This document shows, in pieces, positions 13,895 to 27,031 of a stretch of DNA of 64,000 bases. The position numbers were made by a program, and so were the translations under genes. The notes beneath the pieces were generated by a model. That model made no database searches and was not told the DNA's origin. It saw nothing but the letters and a program-made list of their open reading frames with translations. Each line of letters opens with the position of its first letter. The first letter of the stretch is position 1. The stretch comes from Octopus vulgaris (taxonomy: Eukaryota), in contig OX597837.1 in NCBI GenBank assembly GCA_951406725.2, positions 26,660,001 to 26,724,000 on the forward strand, in the 5' to 3' direction.

Positions 13895-14055
13895 AATCGC
13901 CGAAATTGCAAGGATGATCCGGTTCTTGACTGAGAATAGAAAGCTTCGAATGATTTGTCCTTGTTTTTAATGTATCGTCTATCTGGATGTTTTGTTGTCC
14001 CTTTTTATATCACCTAGTTGTCCGGATGTTTTGCGTTCTTGTCCTATTTTGTATT
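13895..14055 (+). mobile_element. Dispersed repeat adjacent to (TA)n (family P5, possibly Penelope pLTR)
   Basis: Homologous to the reverse complement of about 47600-47700 (gccgaaatt..gatgat.cgg....tgactga....gcttcgaatgatttgtc). Confidence 0.45.
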
Positions 14056-14079
14056 ATATATATATTATAAATCTCTGAA

Positions 14080-14127
<48 letters not shown>

Positions 14128-14200
14128 CGTACGTACACTTTGTTCTCTTATATATATGGCCGCAGTCTAATGACTGAAACAAGTTTCCGGTTGTTTGTGT

Positions 14201-14345
<145 letters not shown>

Positions 14346-14394
14346 GTGTGTGTGTGTATATATATACATACACCATACACACACACATATATAT

Positions 14395-14602
14395 ATTCTA
14401 CTCTTGGCACAAGGACCAAATTTTTAAAGAGGGGTCAGTCGATTAGATCGACCCTAGTACGCAACTGGTACTTAATTTATCGACCCCGAAAGGACGAAAG
14501 GCAAAGTCGACCTCGGCGGAATTTGAACTCAGAACATAAAGACAGACGGAATACCGCTAAGTATTTCGCGTGCTAACGTTTTTGTCAGCTTGCGCTCGCC
14601 TT
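14395..14602 (-). mobile_element. SINE family A monomer with alternative tail
   Basis: Reverse-complement core atcgaccccgaaaggacgaaaggcaaagtcgacctcggcggaatttgaactc and head gctcgcctt. Confidence 0.8.
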
Positions 14603-14608
14603 ATAATA

Positions 14609-14681
<73 letters not shown>

Positions 14682-14683
<2 letters not shown>

Positions 14684-14930
14684 GAAACCATAGCGACTGA
14701 AGAAGGGGTTTTTTCTTTGTGTTAATTGTCCTGTATTCTATTTTTTTGTTGCATTTAAATAAATGTCCAGTTCCTTTGGTTTGTGTCTATGTTTTCGTTT
14801 CTCTTTGTGTTCGACGTCCTTTTTGGTGTCCTGTACTCATATATGCGTGTATATGTACATGTAGAAGTAGGTACGTACATATATGTTTATATATATGCAT
14901 ATGTTTTATTTTATTTATTAATATATCATA
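14682..14930 (+). mobile_element. Microsatellite-embedded dispersed repeat (family P6)
   Basis: ctgaagaagggg...ttggtgtcctgtactcatatatg...; homologues at 19700-19820 (-), 30487-30675 and 60241-60505. Confidence 0.6.
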
Positions 14931-15842
14931 TATATATATTTATTAATATATAATATATATATATATTTATTTATTTATTTATTTATATATATATTCTTTT
15001 AACACACGCACAGAGCTTATAGATGGTTCGTGCAAACATTGTGGGGTTTTATTCTTTCAATTGACTTATTGAAAGTTGGCCTTTCCTTCCGTGACCTACC
15101 TTCCATCTTCTGTTTCTTACGCTGGAACACACGACAATATTCTTTCGTTTTCCTGATTAGATTTTTCCGTTTTATTTACCTGCAGGTCTTACCACATCGC
15201 TTTCCTTATTTTATTTCGGTTTCCTTCGAAAGATTCTAGTTATTTTTTTTTTCTCTTTCCCACTTTTTTTCTTTTTTTTTTTTTTTTTTTTTGCTTTCTT
15301 GCACTCTTACAGTTTTTTAGTTTATCTCACACCATTATATTTCCTTTGATAAATGTCCTCGTCCATCATCTAAAAACAATTTTTCTTCTTTGGACCGACT
15401 TATTTTATCATCTGCTTTGGCTTTCATTTGTTGCAATATACTTGCTTTTATTTTCTTCAATTCATACGCAAACACTTTCTTTAATCCATCTATTACACGT
15501 TTGTGTTTGTATGTGTGTGTCCGTGAGAGAGAGAGAGAGATTGTGTGTCTGTATTACTTACAACGCTGCATTTTTTCTTAGATATCATTTTATCTGGGGT
15601 TTTTTTCATTATTATTTTGGTACAATACCGTTTATTTTTCGGTCTTCCTTTCATAACACAGATTGGACGGAGACTCTATAGTTTTTTTTACAAAAATACA
15701 ATAATGACAAAAGCAATGAGTTTTCTAATAATAATAATAACGACGATGATGGTGGTGATGATTTCTAATAATGATAATAGTAATAATAATTCATTCCTTT
15801 ATTGGCCACAAGGGCTGACATAAAAGTACATTAAGAGACATA

Positions 15843-16255
15843 CTCTTTTTACTCTTTTACTTGTTTCAGTCATTTGACTGTGGACATGCTGGAGCGCCGC
15901 CTTTTAGTCGAGCAAATCGACCCCGGGACTTATTCTTTGTAAGCCCAGTACTCATTCTATCGGTCTCTTTTGCCGAACCGCTAAGTGACGGGGACATAAA
16001 CACACCAGCATCGGTTGTCAAGCAATGCTAGGGGGACAAACACAGACACACAAACACACACACGCATACATATACATATACATACATATATACGACAGGC
16101 TTCTTTCAGTTTCCGTCTACCAAATCCACTCACAAGGCTTTGGTCGGCCCGAGGCTATAGCAGAAGACACTTGCCCAAGATGCCACGCAGAGGGACTGAA
16201 CCCGGAACCATGTGGTTGGTAGGCAAGCTACTTGCCACACAGCCACTCCTGCGCC
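15843..16255 (-). mobile_element. SINE family B, full length, flanked by a ~165-bp direct repeat
   Basis: Complete reverse-complement copy; flanks 15676-15842 and 16255-16416 are homologous. Confidence 0.9.
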
Positions 16256-16622
16256 TATAGTTTTTTACAAAAATAAAATAATGGCAAAAGCAATGAGTTT
16301 TTCTAATAATAATAATAACGATGGTGGTGGTGATGATTTCTAATAATAATAATGGTAATAATAATGCATTCTTTTTTTGGCCACAAGGGCTGACATAAAA
16401 GTACATTAAGAGACATACAACGACATAAAAGACAAAAACAAAATGGACGATACAATGGGTTTTACTACGTGTAGACAATATATATAACGATTAAAAATGA
16501 AAGAACTTAAAACTCCCAATAGGGGGACGGCACTTTAAGGACCTCATAGAAAAACCCATAAAAGCTATGGGTGCCTGAGCAACAGGGCAAGAGCCCTAGT
16601 GCAGCAACAACAGCAGCAGCAA

Positions 16623-16697
<75 letters not shown>

Positions 16698-16892
16698 CAA
16701 TAATAATAATAATAATTATTATTATTATTATTATTATTGTTGTTGTTGTTGTTGTTATTGTTGTTATTATTATTATTATTATCATTATTATTATTATTAT
16801 TGTTGTTATTGTTGTTGTTGTTATTATTATTATTATTATTATTATTGTTATTATTATTATTTTTATTATTATTGCTGCTGCTGTTGTTGTTG

Positions 16893-17225
16893 TTGTCATA
16901 GGTGCCCTGGGAATGATAGCGAAATGGGCTGATTGCTACCTAAATCAGATATCAGGAAACCCCAAAATGGCAGAAATTCAAAAATAGTGCTCATGGGAAC
17001 TGCTCATATCCGACGCAAAATACTCTCTATGTAATCCCAAGGTTTAAAACAAACTTTTTTTTTTTATTTATGTATTAGACATTCACTAGTACAACACCAA
17101 AAAACCCCCAAATATATGGCACACTAGGCATAACAACAACGTGAACTTCCAACCTGTTGTCTCTTGAGGTCTCTGGGTGAGACTAGGAGCCAACTTGTTC
17201 AAATATAAAGCAAAAGTCAAACATA

Positions 17226-17228
<3 letters not shown>
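16893..17228 (+). mobile_element. R4/Dong-like non-LTR retrotransposon 3' end in a (TAA)n tract
   Basis: VVIGALGMIAKWADCYLNQISGNPKMAEIQK, frameshift, IVLMGTAHIRRKILSM*, then a 3' UTR running into (AAT)n. Confidence 0.75.
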
Positions 17229-17295
<67 letters not shown>

Positions 17296-17334
17296 TCATA
17301 CTTTAGGCACAGGCCTGACATTTTGGAGTAAAAA

Positions 17335-17532
17335 GAAACAGGAAAAATAATCCAGAATCCTTGTCCGGTACCGGATTGATCCCAAAATCTAATCAGTTCG
17401 TGCCAGTCATGAGGCCAAACATCCCTGAAAGTTTCATCCGAATCCATCCAGCGTTCTTGAGATATCTTGTCCAAAGACAAACAAACACCACTGAAACAAT
17501 ACCTACGCCTTTGCTAAGGCTGAGGTAATAAT
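17335..17532 (-). mobile_element. Helentron-associated (HINE/DINE-1-like) element, 5' part
   Basis: Minus strand starts ttattacctcagcc..ggcgtaggtattg; homologous to 63383-63590. Confidence 0.7.
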
Positions 17533-17619
17533 ACGAGGAGGAGGAGGAGACAAAGTATTATCTCAGTGGTCGTAGGGGCACTCGGAGTACTATCAACCAA
17601 GTTCGAGAAATATGTCGGA

Positions 17620-18035
17620 AGGCGCAGGAGTGGCTGTGTGGTAAGTAGCTTGCTAACCAGCCACATGGTTCCGGGTTCAGTCCCATTGCGTGGAATCTTG
17701 GGCAAGTGTCTTCTGCTATAGCCCCGGGCCGACCAATGCCTTGTGAGTGGATTTGGTAGACGGAAACTGAAAGAAGCCTGTCGTATATATGTGTGTATAT
17801 GTGTATATATGTATGTGTGTGTTTGTGTGTCTGTGATTGTCCCCCTAGCATTGCTTGACAACCGATGCTGGTGTGTTTACGTCCCCGTTACTTAGCGGTT
17901 CGGCAAAAGAGACCGATAGAATAAGTACTGGGCTTACAAAGAATAAGTCCTGGGGGTCGATTTGCTCGACTAAAGGCGGTGCTCCAGCATGGCCGCAGTC
18001 AAATGACTGAAACAAAGTGAAAGAGTAAAAGAATA
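17620..18035 (+). mobile_element. SINE family B, full length
   Basis: ggcgcaggagtggctgtgtgg ... gactgaaacaaagtgaaagagtaaaaga. Confidence 0.9.
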
Positions 18036-18039
18036 AATT

Positions 18040-18220
18040 GATATGAGGGCAGAGTAGGCCCCAAAAAGCTGCTCTACTGGGGACAGCCAGGATTTTGTGA
18101 TTGGTGCTCGGGTGTTGAGTGTCTCCCACGACAAATCAACATTCAAATACCGAAGCTTATAATTTGCGGAAAGAATCTCTGTGAGACTTCTGACAACAGG
18201 TTGCTGTCCGCTCTCACAGA
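18040..18220 (+). mobile_element. Second R4/Dong-like 3' end fragment
   Basis: QKAALLGTARIL*LVLGC* followed by a UTR-like segment. Confidence 0.6.
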
Positions 18221-18370
18221 ATCGTTAGCGCGATGGGTGAAATACTTAGCAGTATTTCGTCTGCCGCTACGTTCTGAGTTCAAATTCCGCGAGAGGTCGA
18301 CTTTGCCTTTCATCCTTTCGGGGTCGATTAAATAAGTACCACTTACGCTTTGGGATCGATGTAATCAAAT
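18215..18370 (+). mobile_element. SINE family A, partial
   Basis: cagaatcgttagc head, B-box and core. Confidence 0.8.
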
Positions 18371-18411
18371 TGCATTCCGCATCCAGCAAAAAAAAAAAAT
18401 ATCACGCCTCT

Positions 18412-18473
<62 letters not shown>

Positions 18474-18559
18474 CAGCTATCTATTTATCTTTCTATCTAT
18501 TTATAATTATATATATATATATATATATCACTGTTTTGATGCATATACATACATGTATA

Positions 18560-18628
<69 letters not shown>

Positions 18629-18630
18629 TG

Positions 18631-18668
<38 letters not shown>

Positions 18669-18896
18669 AAGAAAGTGAGAGAGACAGATAGCGATAGATA
18701 GATAGATAGATAGATGAATAGATGGATGCGGAGAGAAGCTATGTGGTATGTTATATCCTTCAATTTGAAATACTGAAGAGACGCAGCCGATAAGAATCTA
18801 TCTCTGAAATGATCTGCTTCATAGAATATAGAATATAGACTACATTGGTAGTGGTGGTACTATTTCTATCTTCTGCAAATCAATGTCGGTAGCTGA

Positions 18897-18950
<54 letters not shown>

Positions 18951-18997
18951 AAAGTAGAAAGTAGTAGTAGTAGTAGTAGTAGAAAGTAGTAGTAGAC

Positions 18998-19105
<108 letters not shown>

Positions 19106-19356
19106 TGTTGTTGTTGTTGGTGGTGGTGTTGTACAGTAATGGGAGCTGATTCCTTTTACTGCTGTCTGACCAATTGGTTTGGCTCTGGAGATGGATTGAT
19201 AAATTTTAGATTGTATAGACGGACACACAGACGCATTTACATACATATATACACTTACACCACACAGACACACACACACACATACGCATACACACACACA
19301 TACATCCCCTCCCCAACAACAAACAAGCGTACATACAATATACATATATATATATC

Positions 19357-19414
<58 letters not shown>

Positions 19415-19557
19415 CAGATTTATATATATAAAGAGACACACACATATATGTATGTAAATATATGTATACATGTATATATATATATATGTATATATGTATA
19501 CGTATGTAAAGGTACATATATATGCACACACATGCATGCATGTATATGTATGTATAT

Positions 19558-19646
<89 letters not shown>

Positions 19647-19647
19647 C

Positions 19648-19690
<43 letters not shown>

Positions 19691-19829
19691 GTAATAAATA
19701 AAAATATATGCATTCATACAAACATATATGTGCGTACCTACATCTACATGTATATATACATGCATATATAAATAAATATACTTAAGTACAGGACACCACA
19801 ACAAGACGTAGAAACGGGAATATACATAC

Positions 19830-19891
<62 letters not shown>

Positions 19892-20249
19892 TTCTGTATT
19901 TGCAGCCAGCAGCATCATGCTTGTGTATATACTCACTATATAAACATTTATACTTTTTGCGTGACTCTAAGCCTCATGCTAAACTGAGCATTCTTCAGCT
20001 GTGATTCAATTTACTATTTCCCTCTCACTCATATCCATATCCTCTTAACAATACTCTAATTAGCATGGAGCTGTAGACATTGCTGAAGTAGTCACATCTA
20101 TCAATTGCTTAATAAGAACTGTATTCCCATTCAATATGTTGTGTACTTTCACTTTCGTTTTCAAAACTACTTGCAAACATTCAATGTGTGTCAATCTGTA
20201 CGTATGCGTGCTTAAATGTTATATTATATGTGTGTGTGTGATTGTGTTT

Positions 20250-20291
<42 letters not shown>

Positions 20292-20422
20292 ACATGCGCG
20301 TGAGTGAGTGCATTTTATAGATACTCATAGACAATCAGACAGACTGCCAAACCAGATGTAAGCAAACATCTTGTTATAGGAAAGAAGGATAAGAATTTTG
20401 AAAGTGTCAGTAAAAATGGAAG

Positions 20423-20479
<57 letters not shown>

Positions 20480-20489
20480 ATATATATAT

Positions 20490-20690
20490 CAGTCGCCATG
20501 ATAGATCGTTAGCCACTACACACATTTTTTCTCTCCTTGTTTTTTTTCTGTGTATCTTTCTGTCGAAGAGCATAGGCTCGAAACGTAAAAGATTTTTTCT
20601 ATTCCTGAGCATTATACTAATACATCTGTTTGTTTTGTACACCACCTGTCTTCGTCTTTTGTTTTTTTTTTTCGTAAACTCTCTCTCTAT
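20490..20690 (+). mobile_element. Penelope-like mini-element (family P3) with hammerhead-like motif at 20554-20593
   Basis: atcttt-CTGTCGA-A-gagc atag gctc-GAAA-CG-TA-aaagat; starts in (TA)n. Confidence 0.7.
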
Positions 20691-21074
20691 ATGTATATGT
20701 GTGTGTGTGTGTATGTGTGTATATTCATGTGTGTTTGCACGCCTATGTGTGCTTGTTTGTTTGTGTGTGTGTGCACGTGCGTGTGTGTATGTGTATGTAT
20801 ATATTCATGTGAGTTTGCGAGCGTATGTGTGTTTGTTTGTTTGTTTGTGTGTATGTATTTGTGTGTGTGCACTGCGTGTGTGTGTGTGTGTGTATGTGCA
20901 CGCGCGTATTTGTAGCAAATGTGTATAGTGTAGAAAGCATGGTGAAATTGTCGCACTGTAATCCAAGTTCACTCCTACCCGGAAGAAAAATCTCTCATTT
21001 TCATCCATCAATCTAATAAATTAGATTATATTTCTCAGTCTCCTTCATTATGAAAAATAATGGAATTGGCCTAG

Positions 21075-21720
21075 AGAGGAGAACAATCCAGTTATTGTGG
21101 TTTAATCCGCCTCGCAATATGAATATACTCAAAAATTTTCTTTCTCTAGTAAGACAAAATTTCCCGCCGATACAGACATGCTAAAAGTAAAAATGAATAA
21201 TAACATTAAACTGTTGAACAACGTAATGTTAAGGTCAACTATTCTTGCCTAGATAACATTGCTTCCCAGATCATTCACTTCCACCAAAAACATAACCCAA
21301 CTGAATCGTACACCCTAGCAGCCAATCTGTAACTGCAGCAATACTCCTACATATTAAAGGCTCTTACCTTTGCAAAGCAGTAATATATTTAGAGGGATAA
21401 ACACCGGGTGAATTGAAAAGAATAACAGGACTCACTATGACACCCTCAAAAGTTGTTATTACCGCCAGCTATACTCATTCAGATCATTGGACAGTGAAAA
21501 CTATACGCCCTTGTTCTATTTTGTCGTTAAACTCAGGAACAATGAATCAAAACGGACTGCGATATGTGCCGTCGTGGTAACGACACGCTATATTTCACTG
21601 AGACCCAAAACTGCCGGTTTTTGTCTCGCTGAAAAGCTCCATATATAATAACAGCCATCTCACTAAATGAGAGGTTTTAAGATATTAAGTTATATTCATC
21701 TTAAGAATTTCGTTTTTAAC
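21075..21720 (+). pseudogene. Decayed Penelope-like retroelement ORF (RT thumb, linker and GIY-YIG endonuclease region)
   Basis: Collinear motifs LLWFNPP, NFLSLVRQNFP, NVKVNYSCLDNIASQII, CNC, YSFRSLDSENYTPL and CRFCLAEKLHI match the WFNPPY, VKVSYSC, CNC and CxLCLxEK motifs of GIY-YIG PLEs; many frameshifts. Confidence 0.8.
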
Positions 21721-21807
21721 AATGTTCATATCTCCAAGAATCCACGGCATAGATCGTGTGTTACATATAAAGAACTCCATTCATTCACCACGTATGTGTG
21801 TATGTGT

Positions 21808-22192
21808 GGAGGCGCAATGGCCCAGTGGTTAGGGCAGCGGACTCGCGGTCATAGGATCGCGGTTTCGATTCCCAGACCGGGCGTTGTGAGTGTTTATTGA
21901 GCGAAAACACCTAAAGCTCCACGAGGCTCCGGCAGGGGGTGGTGGTAATCCCTGCTGTACTCTTTCACCACAACTTTCTCTCACTCTTACTTCCTGTTTC
22001 TGTTGTACCTGTATTTCAAAGGGGCCAGCCTTGTCACTCTCTGTGTCACGCTGAATATCCCCGAGAACTACGTTAAGGGTACACGTGTCTGTGGAGTGCT
22101 CAGCCACTTACACGTTAATTTCACGGGCAGGCTGTTCCGTTGATTCGGATCAACCGGAACCCTCGTCGTCGTAACCGACGGAGTGCTTCCAT
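21808..22192 (+). mobile_element. SINE family C, tail type 1 (resembles octopus OR-type tRNA-Arg SINEs)
   Basis: ggaggcgcaatggcccagtggttagggcagcggactcgcggtc head, B-box tttcgattccc, 3' end gtcgtcgtaaccgacggagtg. Confidence 0.85.
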
Positions 22193-22916
22193 CCATGTGT
22201 GTGTGTGTGTGTCTGTGTGTGCGCGCGTGTGTTTATTCATTCATGCATACATATAAACCTGATAGAACTACTTCAGCCTTCTTCGTTGTTCCAGAAACAA
22301 CGTTTGAAAGACTTAGAAATAGAAAAACTGACATTCCCTTGTTTTTCCCGTTTTATCTGTCGAAAAATCAAAATTTAAGTTTGCATAGTTTAAATTTTGA
22401 AACTGGCGAATGACTATTGAGGAGTTTCATTCAACAAAGCAAAGAAAATAACTTTCTTTTATCGATTGATATGATTTTTAACTGCATCCGGTAACAGGGT
22501 CCTGCTACAGTGGTTCCAGGGTTTTTGAGGACTCTTGGACACCTCTTAGCCACTGTTGATCCCAGGTCTACTTTGACCCGACGTAGTAACATCTGTCAAG
22601 GTCCCAGCTATGTGAAACTAACATGTGAAATACAGGAACTGAAGGGCAGGCCATTAGTTCTCGTTAGATGTCTTTATACGAGAAGGTACACTCGTATAAA
22701 ATTTTTTTTAAAAAACCCTGAAGTGTAGTTAGTTTCTGGTCGTCCCAACATTTGTTGAGCCACTGGTGTCATAGATGAAAAGTGGTTTCCGTGTTGTGCA
22801 ACGCTTTATCCACTCAAAAACAAATTTACACAGAGGAACTTCTTGGCCCCTCGGAACATTTGCATGAATTTATTGTTCCGGAAATGGTCTTACTCGGTCA
22901 CGAGCTAACATCCGCC

Positions 22917-22996
<80 letters not shown>

Positions 22997-23029
22997 GTCT
23001 GTCTGTCTATCTGTCTGTCTGTCTGTCTA

Positions 23030-23101
<72 letters not shown>

Positions 23102-23137
23102 TCTATCTGTCTGTCTGTCTATCTGTCTATCTGTCTG

Positions 23138-23178
<41 letters not shown>

Positions 23179-23184
23179 TTATTG

Positions 23185-23490
23185 TGCAGGTGCATGGCTT
23201 AGTGGTTAAGGTGTTGCACTCACGATTGCGACGAGAACGTGGGTTCGATTCCCAAACCAGGCGTTACGCTGTGCTCTTGAGGAAAGCACTTCACTTCACG
23301 TTGCTCTGCGATCATTTCGACATCTGACATGTTGCACCCAGTTGCACCTGTACAGGTAATGTCGATCTGATGGAGGGAATGAGCTTATGTCTACACAAAC
23401 ATTTGATCACTATAAACGAATCATCTGTCTGGTTGTCCGGTAAGAAGCTGTCGAACCCTCAAACGTCGTCTAACGACGTGAGAGTCCATT
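23185..23490 (+). mobile_element. SINE family D (older, tRNA-derived)
   Basis: A-box tggcttagtgg, B-box gggttcgattccc, 3' end cgtcgtctaacgacg similar to the family C1 tail. Confidence 0.65.
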
Positions 23491-23936
23491 ATGGGGATGG
23501 TTGTCGACAGGGTGGGGAGTGTTGCTATAGTAAAAGACTCCTGCTGGAGGTTCGAACTCGGGATTACCTGAGTGTAAAACGAATTTCTTAACCACTCTGT
23601 AATACTTGCAGTCGCACACACACTCACACATACATATGTGTATATGTGTGTGTATGTGGTCCTTGTCAACCATATTCTTGTTTAATAATAATAAATTTGT
23701 ACTCTACAAAAATATGGAGTAAAACTTTTTATTATTGTCATTATTATTTTTTTTTTTTCTTCTTCTTTCAAATTTGCTTCCGTTTCTTGCCGAGTGTCTT
23801 CCCGACTCCTAGGGCAAATAAACTCATAGTATACATTGGTAGGCCATTAAACTAAACTCAATAGTTCGTTCATTTCTTTTTTTTTAAGTTAAATTAAAAT
23901 ACATGGGTAGTAATAGTTCTCACAGCGACAATGCTC

Positions 23937-23998
<62 letters not shown>

Positions 23999-24031
23999 AC
24001 CGAACATAAAAGCAATAATTTATAAACACAT

Positions 24032-24680
24032 ACATCCTTTCGGGGTCGATAAATTAAGTACCAGATGTAATCGACTTAATCCGTTTGTCTGTCCTTGTTT
24101 GTCCCCTCTGTGTTTAACCCCTTGTGGGTAATAAAGAAATAGGTATTTCGTCTGCCGTTACGTTCTGAGTTCAAATTCCACGGAGGTCGACATTGCCTTT
24201 CACCCTTTCGGGGTCGATTAAATAAGTACCAGTTACGCACTGGGGTCGATATAATCGACTTAATCCGTTTGTCGGTCCTTGTTTGTTCTCTCTGTGTTTA
24301 GCCCCTTGTGGGTAGTAAAGAAATAGGTATTTCGTCTGCTGCTACGTTCTGAGTTCAAATACCGCCGAGGTCGACTTTGCCTTTCATCCTTTCGGGATCG
24401 ATAAATTAAGTACCAGTTACGCACTGGGGTCGATATAATTGACTTAATCCGTTTGTCTGTCCTTGTTTGTCCTCTCTGTGTTTAGCCCCTTGTGGGTAGT
24501 AAAGAAATAGGTATTTCGTCTGCCGTTACGTTCTGAGTTCAAATACCGCCGAGGTCGACTTTGCCTTTCATCCTTTCGGGGTCGATAAATTAAGTACCAG
24601 TTACGTACTGGAGTCCATCTAATCGACTGGCCCCACCTCCCCCAAAATTTCAGGTCTTGTGCCTAGAGTAGGAAAAAAAT
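24032..24680 (+). mobile_element. SINE family A tandem array ending in the alternative tail
   Basis: About 3.5 units, then ccccaaaatttcaggtcttgtgcctagagtagg. Confidence 0.85.
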
Positions 24681-24726
24681 TTATATATACATATGTTTAT
24701 ATATATATATGTGTGTGTATGTGTGT

Positions 24727-24769
<43 letters not shown>

Positions 24770-25024
24770 CACACATATAAATGTGTATATTGTGTATGTA
24801 CATTAAATATTAGATGTTTAGATGTCGAATGAATGTAGATGTATTTGAGTGTGTGTGTGAGTGTGAGTGAAGGTGTTTGAGTGGGGCGGGTAATGATTCT
24901 GCGATATGGAGGAAGGGGGACGGTAAGGCTTGTGTATCAGTGTATGTGAGGAAGAACTAATGATGTGTGCATGCATTTGTGCATGTGTGTGTGTGTGTGC
25001 GTGTGCGTCTGCGTGTGTATGTGT

Positions 25025-25071
<47 letters not shown>

Positions 25072-25389
25072 CCCCAGCATCTACGAAATGTCAGCAACAG
25101 TTTTTAAAAGAATACAAAAAGCAGGAGAACGGCTGAGAGAGAAAGATAGAAAGATAGAGAGCGAGAGAGAGAGAGAGAGAGGGGGAGAGAGAGAAAGAGA
25201 GCGAGAGGGAAAGAGAAAGGGATAAAGAGACAGAGAGAGAGAGGTGGGGTTAGAGAAAGTGAGAGTGTGGTGGTGGTGGTGGGGAGAGATGATGGGAAGG
25301 GGGACGGTGGTGAGCAAAGAGAAGCTCGGTTTGGCAAATGTGAAGAAGAGATAAAAAAAAATGAACAACGGAGGAAGGAGGATCCAATG

Positions 25390-25916
25390 TTTTGCATGTA
25401 AGGGATCGGGGATGGAGGGAGGGATGGAGGGAGAGTGGGAGGGAGAGTGGGAGAGAGGGAAGGGAGCGTGAAAGAGTAAGTGGTGGTGGTGGCGGTGGTG
25501 GTGGTGACGGCGGTGGCGGTACTGCGGGGGGGGGGGGCTAGTGGCGGCGGCGACGGCGGTGGCGGCGACGCTGGTAGCTTTCTACTATTAGTGCTTCGTA
25601 ACTACTAGATTCTTTCATTTTTACTACATTTACATACAGTTTCAGGACTTATAACTAACAACACAACACACACTAGACAGTATATAAACTGAGAGAGACT
25701 TAAAGGAGAAAGAACGGAGCCTGACAGAAACATATAGATATATAGATAGATAGATAGATATATAGATATATAGATATATATATACGGACATGTATATATA
25801 TATATATTATAAATAGAAAGAAAGAAAGAAAGAAGGAAAGAAGGAAAGAAAGAAGGAAGGAAAGAAGGAAAGAAAGAAAGAAAGAAAGAAAGAAAGAAGG
25901 AAAGAAAGGAAGAAGG

Positions 25917-25951
<35 letters not shown>

Positions 25952-26391
25952 TGAGAGGGAGAAGAGGGAGACACCCACACGTAAAGACGAATTCGTTTTG
26001 ACTACAATTTGTTCAGTAAACATACACACACATAGACACACACATACACACACACACACACACTAACGTACGTACATACACACAGTAACGTACGTACGTA
26101 CATACATACACTAACGTACGTACATACATACACTAACGTACGTACGTACATACATACACTAACGTACGTACGTACATACATGTGTACGTACAAGTACATA
26201 CTTAACGGCGATGTAAAAATAAATTTTTCTGCCTAAAAATATTGGTTATCGACTTGTTGAAAAGCTATCACACCACACACCACAATGGTTGAGGATATTA
26301 AACGGAGAGAGAAGGATATCGTATGGACTTGTGTGTGATATGATATCTCTCCCTACACGCTCTCCGTCACAGCAATAATAACATCTATCAC

Positions 26392-26422
<31 letters not shown>

Positions 26423-26872
26423 GTAATATTGACAGTGATGATGACTACGATGTTAAGGATGGTGTTGATGACGACGGCGATGATGCGAACAACATTGATA
26501 ACAACATCTAAAGCGATGATAATGACGACGAATAAGGCGACGACCACGGCGACGAATCTAGTGATGACACCAGTAACAATGACAACAACACTAATGGCTC
26601 GTCGATGACAGAAGTCACACGAATTGAAAGAGCGACAGACGGACCGATATACATATATCTATATATGTGTATATATATGTAAATATATATATATATATAT
26701 ATATTGAAAGAGAGAAAAGCAGAGAGATAGACAGACAGACAGATAGAAAGCGCGAGAGATAGAGAGAGAGAGAGACAAAGAGATAGATAGAGAGGCAGAG
26801 ATAGAGAGATCGTGCGGAGGATGGTAACGGCCTAATTGAGTTTTATTGTCGAAGTGATGCAGTGTGGAGAGG
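25390..26872 (+). promoter_or_regulatory. Putative promoter and 5' UTR of the 26873 gene
   Basis: G-rich tract and CpG-containing (GGC)n block at about 25390-25575, then a TE-free stretch of simple repeats and unique sequence up to the ATG. The TSS cannot be located from sequence. Confidence 0.35.
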
Positions 26873-27031
26873 ATGCAAGCCAGGTTATATCCGCTGCCAA
26901 TGACCGTTTTCTTCATATTTTGGTCAATTTTGCTCACAAACTTTGTGATTTTAGGATCTTCTTCTTCTTCATCTTCATCCCCCGATATTCTGGACGAATG
27001 TCACGTTTTTTGTAAAAATAATTATAACACG
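26873..27031 (+). CDS. First coding exon of a secreted or membrane protein (53 aa: signal peptide, poly-Ser, CxxxC motif)
   Basis: ATG at 26873 reads [53 protein letters not shown] in non-repetitive sequence, with a hydrophobic core typical of a signal peptide. It is followed directly by a consensus donor ACG|GTGAGT (phase 0, intron from 27032) and then low-complexity AT-rich sequence. Confidence 0.75.

Noticed and set aside
21808-21885. Functional tRNA genes at SINE heads
   Set aside because: Each continues into a multicopy SINE body and lacks a proper acceptor stem and terminator.
26302-26367. Hairpin gatatcgtat/atatgatatc in the putative 5' UTR as a miRNA
   Set aside because: Only about 10 contiguous pairs, with a large asymmetric bulge.
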